Positions 1-12,800 of a DNA stretch of 64,000 nt are shown here, in pieces. The notes beneath the pieces are model-generated. The model worked only from the letters and a program-made list of their open reading frames with translations, did not search any database and was not told where the DNA came from. Positions within the stretch are counted from its first letter, which is position 1; the number at the start of each line of letters is the position of its first letter. The translations under genes and the position numbers were made by a program. Source of the DNA: Styela clava (Eukaryota); NCBI RefSeq assembly GCF_964204865.1, contig NC_135252.1:13020001-13084000 (forward strand), in the 5' to 3' direction.

Positions 1-42
1 AACAGTATTAAGGTAGGTATCCTGACCTGTACATTATAGATA

Positions 43-1406
43 CTAATCTCCCTCAAAATAAATAGGAAGGTTTTTATTATCCTGATCTTTCGATAACTGT
101 TTCAAGTCATTAGCTAATACAACAGGTAATCCATCAAAGAGTTGATCAACTTTCGAGTCAAATGTAGCAATAGAGGTATATTCACAATTTACCACCAAGT
201 AACGGTGCAAGTAGTTCAAGCATATTTGCCTTAAATTCAAAAGAGGATTCACAATTTCAACGGAATGAAATCTTTGATGTTCTCCACTCCATTCAACAGG
301 AAAGTAGATTTTCTCAAAGTTAGGAAGGAAAGTGAGTGGATGTCTGAAGAAAAAAAAAACATATACTCTTGAGTGGAGAGTGAATGCAGGAATATGAATA
401 AATTTCTCAAGCAAAGAAGGAGATTAAATAATATTTAATCCTACTACAATACTAGACTATATTCAAAGAAATTAGTCTAATCAGAATTCAAATCAAAAAT
501 GTAGTTTTAACATTCAGATCGTCGAGAGTACCGTTCTTTCAGCAAAACTGATATTTTCACAATGGAAATCCAATTTGAAAATGAAGATAAAATTGAGAAA
601 TTGAAATATTTTGCCATAATCTCTCATCTGGCTGTGAGTTAAATGCAGAAAAGTGGTTCGTAAATTTAGAAATTACCGTAGGTTATACAATGATACAGTT
701 CATGCATAATGTAGGTAATTGCTGAATTACCGTAACCATAATTAAAAATGAAGGTAAAAATACCGGCTAACAGATTAATGCCTGAAATCAATAATCGCAA
801 ATAATGTTTTCTAACATACTGACATACCGGTATATAGTAGGGTCATGAAGAATAATTAAATGCTAAACATGGAATAGAGTCATAGACTACAACTAACCCA
901 ACGCTGCAATGTACCACAAGACATTTCTGCATTTAGGTAGACTAGACACTGCTGTACAGCAGTACAGAGATGGGTTAAGTACGGTACCTTGAAACCTCAC
1001 AAAATCTATTATTGCAGTATTGCATTACCAATCCATGCATCATCTTTCAGTCTCTGTATTAACAATTGCTAGATTGCAGATTATTCTTGCCACATTCTAT
1101 GACAAGAATTTTACGAATTTAATGCATATTTTCCGAAATTACTCCAGTACCGGTACCGTACTCTCCACTCTGAACATCCATACCGTACCTGCAAATACTC
1201 TCATAAAAAACCCAAGGATGTGTCTTGAAAGTATCCATCAATATATAATCTCTTGGTTCTAATCTGTCTTTATACACAACATGATTTCCCTGAAAGTTGA
1301 GCCATTCAACAGAAACGTTCCTATCAGTTTTGTTAACAAATTTTGCAAAAGCAGGGTTTTGAGAATGTTGAGATCGTTGGCGTTGCTGCAACGGGAAATC
1401 GGACAT
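43..1406 (-). CDS. VHL: von Hippel-Lindau protein homologue (Elongin BC-Cul2 substrate receptor), 172 aa; exons 1406-1189 and 343-43
   Basis: Beta-domain motifs FVNKTDRNVSVEWLNFQG..Y and TFKTHPWVF match VHL (FCNRSPRVVLPVWLNFDG..Y; SYRGHLWLF). BC-box LLNLRQICLNYL and cullin-box LPVVLANDL in exon 2. AG|GTACGG donor and ttttcttcag acceptor join in frame (218+301 nt). Confidence 0.92.
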
Positions 1407-3539
1407 AATGCATGAATTGACGACGAGGCACTTACAATAAAATCTAAATACTGAAATATACCGATACATACAGTTTAGTTCAACTCAACCGTCAACTTAA
1501 TTCAGAAAATTAAACGCTGGCGAAGACAGCAGTATGAAAAATGTATTCGCAGCCATTCCAGAAATAGAAAGGACTAAAACCTACTAAGGCCTACTTGGAC
1601 GTAGAACTGTAGAATGTGGTTAAAACAGGGAAGTCTTTCAAGTTAAAACATGGTTCCAAAAATGGTAAAGGTTTCTCGAATCACCAAATTGCTGGCTTGG
1701 CCTACACATTTATATGCAGGTTTTAAGTTGAAGCTGAAGGCGCCGGCTATGAGAATTGCGAGATTTTCAAATATACAAAATATGATAACCGATATCCATT
1801 TACTTATAAATATCAGTTATTTTTTTCCGATGCATGATAATGGACTTTGTTCGGCTAAAATTTGTGACCTCCGCCAGAGTCACTTTCAAAAAGTTCGTTC
1901 GTAGTTCCACCAGATTCGTCATGTCTTATTCAAGCGCTGCACAATACAATTTATTTACGCATTAGGATTGCTGTGGACATGGAGAAAACGGGAATAAAAC
2001 TACGCTCCGTAACTACAGTGTACCACTCATACTGCGCATTGGTCAAATCTCGCGTTTATAACTATAATTCGACGACTCCATATTTGTTCACAGAAAATAA
2101 CAAACTCGGGCACTATTCTGCAAGCCCTGCTCACGTACTGAAAATTATAAAGTCAAGTACTGTACAGTCCGGCATCATTCTCACGCCGAGCTTAACCCAT
2201 TATTAGAACATGCCTAGGTTTAAATTACCAGTAGCACTATATCATTTGAAAAGTTTGCCTTAAATATCACTGATTTTTAGATAATCTTAAGACCTCCAAT
2301 TTAACGTTGGGAAAGGAGAAATAGAGTAACATACTTAAACCATAACATAATCAAAGAATTATGATTGCTATTTTATAACCATACGCCTATCAAAATGCAA
2401 CAATGTTTGTTGCCATTTTTTAAATTCGCATCAACATGGAGTATACCATAAAAAACACATGATATCGCCGGGCCAAGGGATCGTCCGAGTAATTACTTAC
2501 CTCTTCTTCGACCGTTTTCTAATTTGATCACAGTTAATTAATAATGTGATATCGCTAATCAGTTTGAGCGGGAATGTGCGCTTCGCTTTTCTCAACCATT
2601 CACTGGAGTTAGTAATGACGAACGGTTTGTCTGTTCTGTAGGAGCTTTTCAACGTACCGTAGTCTTTAATTTTTTTTGGCGCAACATTACAACATTAAGG
2701 TAAGCAGATGTTTTTTGATAAAAAATATATATATATACTAAGTCGCTGGTACAATTCTGCTACTTTTGGTATTATGTTTTATAAATAGCGAATTATAAAA
2801 CTTGAGGGGTTCCGGCAAATCAAGATTTCAAGTGTCGATAATCGCGAGATAAACAACATAATCAAAAAGGTTGAAGCAAGGAACTTCCGAGATAAAAGAA
2901 CAATCTTTTATGAAATCCAATTTAAACCTAAACCAAAGTTTGATTCCCCGGTGAGACAATTTTTTTATATATATTTAGATGGGCATACAAAGTTGTACGG
3001 ACTAATCAAGTGGGACTTGGTTACCCGAATAAGTTAGACTTTTTTCATTTTGCACAATGTTTCTTGTTTTATACACATTTGTAATTTGGTAATCTGTTGC
3101 ATTCATAATGTGGGTCGATAGCAGTATATAAGTTCCATTCCCATACGCTCAATTGCAACCAATGTTTTAAAATGTCTTTTCGTTGTTCCTGGTACTACTA
3201 TGAATATCACGTTAGCAACACCCGTTTCATATAGCGTCCAATTATTAGAGTAAATTAGTGTAAATTTCATTGTACAAAATTGAAGGTCTATGCGAATCCT
3301 TTTATATAAAACGTATTACATATATATTTTAATAAATAAAAATTGTGTGAATATATTTATTTATCAAGTATTTATATTTACCGGTAGATATACTGCATGG
3401 TTTGACAATTGTGTGGATCATTGTTGTACAAAGAAATATCGACTATAGACTGGGGAATTTACGTTTGCAAACATGCGACGATAGTCGTTACACAGGGGTA
3501 AATATTACACGCTTATGTTATATAATAGATAATCTACAG

Positions 3540-4739
3540 CAGGGGTGTCAAACTCGTGGGTTTGAAGGCCGCATTGCATTTTGGGAATTGTGCAAAGGGC
3601 CGCAAACAGATTTGATATATTTTGATAATGTATACTTGAAGCATATTTTAAATAGGTGTAGTTTGTGACATATACTGTGATGCAATTAAACAGTCAAATG
3701 AAGTTTTGTTATTTTCTTAAATTTTAAATACCATTTACATATTAATTTTTGCATTTCACTATTTTTGCAATTTACTGTATTTATTACAAAAATTTTATTT
3801 TATGTATAACTATCCAAAATATTTTTGAACAAAGTTTTGATAAGGAAAGAATAATACATACACTAAAAATGACTTAATCTAAATATATAGATCTAAAATT
3901 TACAATATTGCTACAGAATGAACTCAATGTTTTTTATTGAACATGTCCTGACTTTTGACATCTCTTTTGTGCCACCAGCTTACTAATATCAGGCTGAAAT
4001 GATTTTACAGTATCAACTCTGATTAACGAGGTCACATGATCATCGGTTAATCTGGATCGTTGAGAATATTTGATTAATTTCATTAATGCAAAAATATTAC
4101 GTTCATCATTCCATGTATAGATCAGTAAACAAACAAATTTTAGAACCAAACTTTTCCCGCCACTACCTTCACGTGGCATAGGACCGGTTGAGTTATGATT
4201 GATATTGATATTTAGTAACTAAGTATGGTATAATCATAATAGTATACAAACACATAAATATTTTCTGTTCGTAGTTGATCTTTAAAATTGTCATATTGAC
4301 TGCTGAGCTTATTCTGATGATGTCTACTCATATTGTATTCTTTCATTTTACTGATAGAAACGTGAAAAATTGATCAATGCGCTTTAGAATTTTGAGAAAT
4401 GCAGAAATATTGCAACTCCCCTTTTATTTAAAATTGCCACTTTTTTCATGTACTTTGTGTTTCATTTAATTCCCGTAGTGTTTTTTTTACAAGTATTCTT
4501 TTGCTAGCTTGAGGTGTATCCATACATAATTGTGTCAAATTGAAAACAAAAACATTCAATTTTCCAATGTTATAATTGTCGTTTTCTGTGTGAATAAGCA
4601 GTTTCACTTTAGGGTTTGAAAAATGTATTACATTTAGGTAACAAAATATATATTACATTTATTGTTAGGCGTTCGAGGGCCGCATTGGAAATTCTCTGGG
4701 GCCGCATGCGGCCCGCGGGCCGCAAGTTTGACACCCCTG
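3540..4739 (-). mobile_element. Non-autonomous hAT (Charlie-type) DNA transposon, 1.2 kb, with transposase C-terminal remnant
   Basis: TIRs CAGGGGTGTCAAACT / AGTTTGACACCCCTG; perfect 8-bp TSD ATCTACAG (3532-3539, 4740-4747); subterminal GGCCGC motifs. Remnant MKLIKYSQRSRLTDDHVTSLIRV..FQPDISKLVAQKRCQKS (about 3934-4083, minus) resembles the Charlie/GTF2IRD2-type hAT C-terminus. Confidence 0.92.
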
Positions 4740-7700
4740 ATCTACAGCTTATCTGGCCATTGAAATAGCATATAATCTCTGGTCGGAGCCTTAGAGATAA
4801 CCCGCCAAAACACTTTGAACTAGCAATATTTACCTTGTAAAAAACTTTTTATTTTATTTTAAATAGACTCCATAAATCGAATATAATTTAAGTTTATGTT
4901 CACCACCAATCAATAAACGATAATATCGGTCGGAGACCGAAGACTTATCGATCGAAACTGCGGTTTCGATTCATGGCTCTATAGTGACACCGCGTGTCTC
5001 ATCACTAATTAATTAATAATTCGCTAATTATACGACATAATTTATAAAATGTTTTTCTACTTTAATTTCAAATTTGAAAAAGCGGGCCGAGATGATTCTT
5101 CAATGGCTTGTTGTGAAAACATTCTTGACGTGTTTATTTTTCAAGAATTCAATACATATAAGTAATAATTTTATCAATGCATTGCAACAGTACATTGAAT
5201 TTGCTTACCCAATTGACTGGATCACTGAGACTATAGTAGGCTTTAAAATATTGTTATACTATTTTCAAAATTAATAACAGCAGGTGTTATTGATTTTATC
5301 CTTTCTATTACAGTTTTTTTTTCATTTCCAAGTAAATGAAAACTAAGGCTAACTAAAAGCTTGTTATCGGTCGTGCTCGTTGGTTGTGTCAATTTACAAT
5401 AGAAAATCTATCAGGATAGTGTATTGTTTTTTGTATATTTTGTTTCAATGACACAGCTCATTTTGCTACATTTACGAATTTTCAGAATAAACAAATAAAT
5501 GAAATTGAAACTAATCATATTTTTCTAGAAACAAGACAAATTTAAAAAAGAGAACAAAGCAACAAAGTAAGCGACTATAAGGAACAGTTGTTCTACTAGG
5601 CCGATTTGCATGGTAATTATTAATTGAATTATTATATTATTGATCAGTTAAGTTGAGTAAAAAAGTAGACTTTGTCAAATTTCACTTTAAAAATTTTAGA
5701 GTTCAACTTTCACTGAACTATAGCGTCTAGAAATAGATTCCCCAATTCAATCTCATTCTGAATAATAATAATACATCTGAACACCTCAGAGATTAAATTA
5801 ATGATAAATTGAAAAACGAACGTTGCGACTGTGCAAAACAATCCAAATGAATTCATCTGATAAATGCCGATACAGCTGAAACATAAAACAAAGTAACCTT
5901 CCATATCTTACAGTTCACTTTCCTTCCTCCATCTTACAGACAGGGTCGGCTATAGACAATACTGCGTGCGATGGATGAAGATCCTGTGACAGCACCTAAC
6001 CGATTTGGAATAAGTTAGCTGGATGCCAGTAATAATAATATTATGCAGCTTTCAAGTTTTTTTTTATTAATTCCGCTGATTTATGCTTCACACAACTGAG
6101 CCTATAAGGAGGTTTAATAGGAGTTTATGTGTGCGTTTACCATGTGAAACTGCGCTGCATTTTTGATATTTCCTATTTATTCATTTATTGTGTTGTTTTA
6201 TCCGTTTATTTATTTATTTTTTTTTGTCATTTTACTTACGTTCCGTGTTAGTAGCCAGCCAGAGATACAGCGGGAAAAGTCGTTGTGCAGATATTTAGAG
6301 CAGCATTAGATTGAAGATAAAGACCAAGAGTTGTTATTGCATGGTATCATTGTAAGATACAGACGGCAAGGCGCCAATATTATTGAAACGAGTCCTATTA
6401 TGGTACCGGTAATTATTAATGTACATAAGTAACCCGGATACTCCGACCCAGACTCTATCTGATGGCTTTGAGAATCTCAGAATTCAACTCTAATGCGAAA
6501 TTTTAGTTTTGAACTTTTCACTCAAAATTCTATTGGGTCTCCTTTTCAACTTCCAAATATCAAACATTTTCAACTCTGGGGAAACTCTAATAATTACATA
6601 TGAGTAGTTTATATACATTCCGAACTAAGGAAATGGGCGCTGTTCAAAAATTAGTGTCTCAGCATCTTAGATAGTCTATTCACAAGTCTGATATCAAATA
6701 GGCCTGTACAAGCACTTATTGAACTGTTTGTGTGAACTCATTCTCTAGGTACCACAAAAAAAGTTTTCAGCAGCAATTCACATAGCTACTGCAAACCAGG
6801 TGTAATAATATAATGGGTATATATCTGCTAATTTATTCAGCTGTTTGATCTCATCTAGAATGTTTTGAAGAATAAGTTAATTGCAAAGGACAGTTCTTTG
6901 ATTGAGCTCTTGTGTCCTTCAATGAAGTGAGGACGGACGCTAAATGTCCTTTATTTCTAGCATCTATTCTGCGATAAAAGCTGCAAAATATTTAAAAGTA
7001 TATATATATATATACATATTAAAAATAATAACTGCACAATATACATAACAAATTAATCTTGTAGGTCCGGGATGGCGACTCCGAAACTGGCCAACTTCAG
7101 TTGAAATGTTGCCAGTGACGACGAGCTAAGATGACGTCTCGAAGCTAATTTGTTGATGAACTGATGAATTAGGTCATTTTACACATGGTGGTGTAATGAA
7201 TGTCTCAGACAAATTGCAAGACGCAAGTAGACTGTCATTGCTTTTCTGGGATAAATTTCTTAGTACCAATGGCTTTTTAAAACGTCGCAAAGTGCCTGGA
7301 AATATTAACAATTTTTTGCCTGCTTTATCCGGAAATTTTTTTGTTGAATGCTGAGGAATTCTCGACGGTTTCATCGCCCATTAGAAAAAGTTTTATTACC
7401 AACAAAATTATTTGCGAAAGTTTCCATTCTGTATATAATTTAAGAATGTTGAATATTTCAGAATGTGAAATGCCAGTCTAATATTGTAAAATGATCATGC
7501 ATTAAACAGCTTTGGGCTCGGCAGCTTTGTCACTTTACCCTGTTTTTTGTTCGAGTTGATGGCAGCGGCATATGTAGGAGGAAGTTAATCTCGAGGGACC
7601 TCTATAAAGGTTTTGAAGAGACGCTGACACGGGAAAGGGTAAAAATATGTAACAATTATCTGATTTGTTCCGTTCATTCCATTTATCTTGACTAAGGAAG

Positions 7701-7824
7701 GATATACAACTATGTGCTTTCGACATTAGTAACCTAACTTACGATAAACCGAATTTAAACAAACAGGTTGAAAAATTAGTGGTGGGACAATAGCAGGATA
7801 TTCCGAGGAAATTTCAATACTCTG

Positions 7825-8055
7825 AAAAGCGCCAATCGTTAAATGTTTACGTAGAATTTCGCAATATATTAAAGTTATATATTGTTAAAAAGCGTCAGTC
7901 ATTAAATGTTTGAGTAGCATTCCGCTGTATGTAAATTAACACACTTTTAAAAAGCGCCAGTCGTCGTGATTAAGTAGCATTTCGCCGTAACCTTTAGTAC
8001 TGCCAAAACGCGTCAGTCTTTCAATGTTTCAGTAGCATTCTGCCGTAACTTCAGT
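7825..8055. repeat. Degenerate minisatellite, about 4 copies of a roughly 60-bp unit
   Basis: Recurring AAAAGCG(C/T)CAGTC..TAAATGTTT..GTAGCATT.CGC units at about 7826, 7888, 7950 and 8005. Confidence 0.65.
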
Positions 8056-8179
8056 ATTTAACGCGACTGTGGCTAACAGTTACAAACAACTTTGACAACA
8101 GGTTTGATACAGTCAGATTCAGGTACACGAGTGTTTCATGTCATACGCGTTTATTACGTGAAACAGTTTACTGTGAATA

Positions 8180-8990
8180 CAAGATAGCAATGCTCAAATA
8201 TATGGGCACGAAAGCCAAAACGAAATATTTTATCAACAATTCCCCGAAAATTGTACGATATCCTGAACGGGGCTGAAACTGTGGAAAAGCTACCGGTACG
8301 GTAACTTATTATCATCCGGTAACGGTACCCCGGACTATCGCAGATTTTCCAGGTCATTTTACGATGATTCATGCTTCCAACGTGATTTGAAATACAAAAT
8401 GATCCGAGTCACTACTGTAACATTAGATCCGGTGCCGTAGTCTACCTTTCCCCATACAAAATCCGACTTCCGAGATCCCGCGACGTTTCCTTAGCACGAG
8501 ATCCTTTTGCGCCGCGGACCTCTACAATTAATTTATATATATTTAATTTTGTCGACATCATCACACAAAACGTCAGATGAAAAAATCAACCCCACAGAGC
8601 TCACAGAAAGTTTTTGAATAAATATATATATATATAATAGCCTTCTAGAGACTACAGCAATCTCTAATCTCTGTCAAAGCAGTTGGTCCAGTAAATAAAT
8701 AGAGAAGAGATTGTTTCATAACAACAACAAGAAAAATACCGACAAGAACAACAACAGCATATTAATAATAACAAGGGAGCGATGCTCGAATATATGAACA
8801 CGAAAACCAAAGAAAAGAGGACCTTACCGTTTACAGTACCGGTACCCCAAAGAACTTCCAGCTTTGGCGTGGCAAGATATTAGCACGACAAGGTCGAAGA
8901 ACCGCTAAAAATAATTTTGAAAAAAGTTTATTACAAAAAATTTTGAAGTGAAAATCAAATCACATAGACCACGTGTACCACTGTAGCCTA
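8180..8990 (+). mobile_element. Two adjacent copies of a Helentron/HINE-like interspersed repeat
   Basis: Start motif CAAGAGAGCAATGCTCAAATATATGGACACG-like at 8180 and 8772. Shares the AATAGCCTTCTAG...CAAAGCA.TTGGTCCAGTAA...AAGAACAACAACA core with the copies at 52.8-54.7 kb. Confidence 0.55.
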
Positions 8991-9834
8991 CGTGAAACTC
9001 AATTTTTATGTTGGAATTATAACAACGAGCTTAATTTCTTGTTCTTCCAGGATAACAAGATTAGTATGAACGCGGAATCAACAAAAAGGTGACAAATTGC
9101 CCCACCAGTCGTCTACTATATGTGCTCGGTTCTTCCCTTTCAGACTCTTTTGGTATTGGCTTCTTCGTGAATTTTATTGTGATATGTAAAGGCGCCCGAA
9201 GGATTTTTCTGGTTTATGAAATTTTATTTGTTTACAACTGTGTGTGTTTGCGCGTTCTACATCAGCGTCAATTATAAATAACTTCGCCGACTTTCGAATC
9301 CACTGTTTCGACGTCTGAAATTGCTATTTTGAAGTTAGTGTTTTTGTTGGGCTTGTGCTTTACGTATATATATAACTGTTTCTGAAACTGCGTCAAATGA
9401 TGTAATATGTTCCCGATTGTAAACAATTCTCACTGTTTTTTATATTTTATCGTTACATGTTTCCTCATTTTAATGAGCTTTGAAAGAACTTTGCCCGATT
9501 TTGAATCGCGTTCACTCTTTTGTGTGCTTGCACTTTTTTTTGGCGAGTAGGCATGTATTTGTAGTTGTATGTTTTTAACTTTGTTATGAGTTACGCTCGC
9601 CTCTCAGGTATCTGTTCCTATTGTTTGTCTGCTTACTTTTTGTGTTGTTTTGACTTATGCCAGAGAACCGAAATAAATAATTGATCGGTTGTTTTTTTAT
9701 ATAATTGTCGTATAGTGAACGTTGATCGAAGAAAATTAAAAATCAAGCTAACGCTAGTGCAAATAAAGTTGCAGTATGCCAGTTTTTCTTTAAAATTGCA
9801 TACAAAAAATAATAAATCTGCGAGTAGCGCAAGT

Positions 9835-12800
9835 ATGGATTCAAGACAAGACGCCTCAATACAAGAAGATCTCGGAGAAACTGCCAGTACTACTAATAGA
9901 TATGCTAAAATGAAAGAAAATATTTCGATCGACGGAACGACATGCGGCATACAAATTTCATCTGGTACAAAAAGGTATGGTGGGAAATTGAATTCACATT
10001 GAAGTTAATTTGTATTTCCAAACTTTGAACATGATATATATAATAATAAAAGTTAATAATAATAATAGAAAGGTTTCCTAATCTCAGCAATTTATTTCGG
10101 AGCAGAACATCGTGTTTTAATGATCCAAATAAGTAGTCGGTAGTTTATTTTTTCACCATGCTGAAAAAGCACTCACACTATACAAATTACAATAAGTTTT
10201 ATATGAAGAAATTCCATTTCAGGGTGAAGGGAAACGCGGAAAATCAATACTGCTTATCGAGCAGCGGCACCCAATTTTATTTTTTTGTATGTGTATGCAC
10301 TGATTTGTTTTGATAGTATATTACTTTTTTTTGATAAATTTAAAGAAATGCATATATTGGGATTCTCTGGAAGTTTGTTTGATTTTATTTAAACTATCAT
10401 TTTACAGGTTATCATTCGAAATTTTTTTTCTGTGAAGTCATCTTGCCTTACTTAATTCCGTTTCTAATTTTATTAAGATACATATTTACTGGCTTACAAC
10501 GATTTGCTTCTCCACGATGGGCACTAGCATTCTTGTCGCTTGCATACCTCTTCTCAGATGGAGTGTTACTTGGAGTTTTCAACGTAACAATAACGACCAT
10601 TGAGAAACAGTGAGTAGATATAGATGACTTACAGTCTTACATGATATCACAAAAACTACTGTATATATAAGACAGATTCCACTGATCTATTTTTCAAATT
10701 AACCACGGAATGTAGAATGTTCATTTATTTGCTAAAGATTAATTCAAGTTTTCTGCAAATAATACTATTAAGAATAAAAACAATATTAAAATGTTTTTTT
10801 TTAGTAAATTTCATTCCACATTTTTTCTTGAGCCAAGATGAGCAGAGTGTTCAGATTATAAATATAACATGGCTAAATATAACACAAATGTCAATTTACC
10901 TGCGGGCATTCGCAAAGTCAAATATAGCGCTTATGTCATTTGGAAAACAGCAAAACTAAGCATATTTGTGCAGTAATCGAAGCAAAAATTTGTACACATC
11001 AAATATTATATTATGTAATTTCACAAGTTCTGATTTATAAAATAGTCATTGTTTGCATACGATAAAAATTATTAAAAACGAATTGTTCACAGATTTCATC
11101 TTCGAACAATGGAATCAGGAGTCATCGGTGGGATGATAGATCTCGGTGCATGTATTGCGCTTATCGCAGCTATATTCTACGGAGAAAAACTTTTTAAAAC
11201 GCAGTGGATTGGGAGAGGAATTCTTATTAGTGGTCTGGGATGCATTATTTTCGTTATACCTCATTTTACCTCACCACGTTACACCTATGGCTATGGAGTC
11301 ACCAATTACTGTGGAAATGTCACTGAAATGAACTGCAGTGCTTCACCTATCCGAAACTACAGGTTAACAAATATATGTTTTCATTGACGATAACATCCAA
11401 ATATATATATTTGAGTGCTTAATTGTCACTTGATATGAAAAGATATATCACAGAAGATATATTACTTTTTACTCTTGACTTGTGTTAAAGAGCCCTAATA
11501 TAGTCGTAAGGCCTCTCACTATTATAGTTTAACAGTTCGTTTTATTAAGATTTATATTCATGTTGGGAACATTTTGTTGTGGTATTGGTTCGGAATTCCT
11601 TCCTTCTATCGGTATAACATACCTGGATGAAAACGTTAAGCAAAGATATTCATCGATGTATAACGGTAAGCAATGAATGAGCTTTCAAATAATTCAATAA
11701 TTTCATTGGTTTGGTTTCGAAACTAATTATAATTGACTAACACATTTTCATTCTTTTCTGTTAAATGCAAGTATTTATTGGCGCTTCACGTTTCAGGGAT
11801 TTTCTACAGTTCATCAGCAGTTGGTACGTCCATAGGATATTTACTTGGCGGTGTGACTTTAGAACTGTACAATCAACCTTATCAGAGGTATTTTCCATAA
11901 CTAAAAATCTTGGGCATAATTTCTCGAACTGTCATATTTTTTCGAATCGATATTGATTTATCTCACCTTGTTTTTTTTTAAATTATATTTGGGAATAAAA
12001 CTGATTCAAGAGTCCTGCTTCATTCAATTTTACAATCTCCATTCGTCCATTTGTTAATGTACTTGTATAGAGGAGATTATATACAACGACGACGAGATGT
12101 TTTATCCTCGTTTCGTTACTTATAGTCTAGATTGGGCATGTGAATATGTTTAACATTATTATTATTATTTAATTCCATGACATGGAGACAATGCTTTTCT
12201 TTATAATGTATTAGCTTTAATTGAATAGTTCTTTATACATTTCTTTCCTTCTGGCAAAAAAGCAATCATGATAGGTTTTATTGAAATGCTTTTCATTGAA
12301 TTTATTTTTTCCTAAATTCTTACTACATTCGGCATTAATTTAAAAAATAAAACAAGCAAACCTTAATTATGACACGCGAAATGAAGTATTCCACCAAAAT
12401 CGGCATGGTTCACATTTTTGCTGAAATAGCCATGTTCTATCAAAGACTCTACGATCACCTTTGAGTGACGCATACCATATACACACGAGAACCGACATTC
12501 ACCTTTTATACTTCGCCCATTTAAATTATATGGTCTCACCACTCAAATGTGCTGTAGTTACGCCTAAATTTTGATTTCATCATTATGTACCTGAACTGTT
12601 ATGTACCTGTTATGTACCTTGGTGTTGTGTTTAGGCTTGCACGTAATTTACGGATTTACGGAATTACGTAATTATTTGGAGTTACGGAAGGGAAGTTACG
12701 AATTACGTAAAGTCGTAATAATTGCATTGAAACGAGCTTTCTTCAAAGTAGTCAATTTCGTCGATTGCGAAAAATGAAAGCTCAACAAGTAGAAGAAGTT

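Noticed and set aside
6240-7730. Coding-looking stretches and short ORFs
   Set aside because: Multiple stops in all frames and no recognisable protein similarity; possibly a decayed repeat.
7825-8055. Spaced repeats superficially like a CRISPR array (also 12890-13170)
   Set aside because: Eukaryotic context, degenerate repeats, related spacers and no cas genes.
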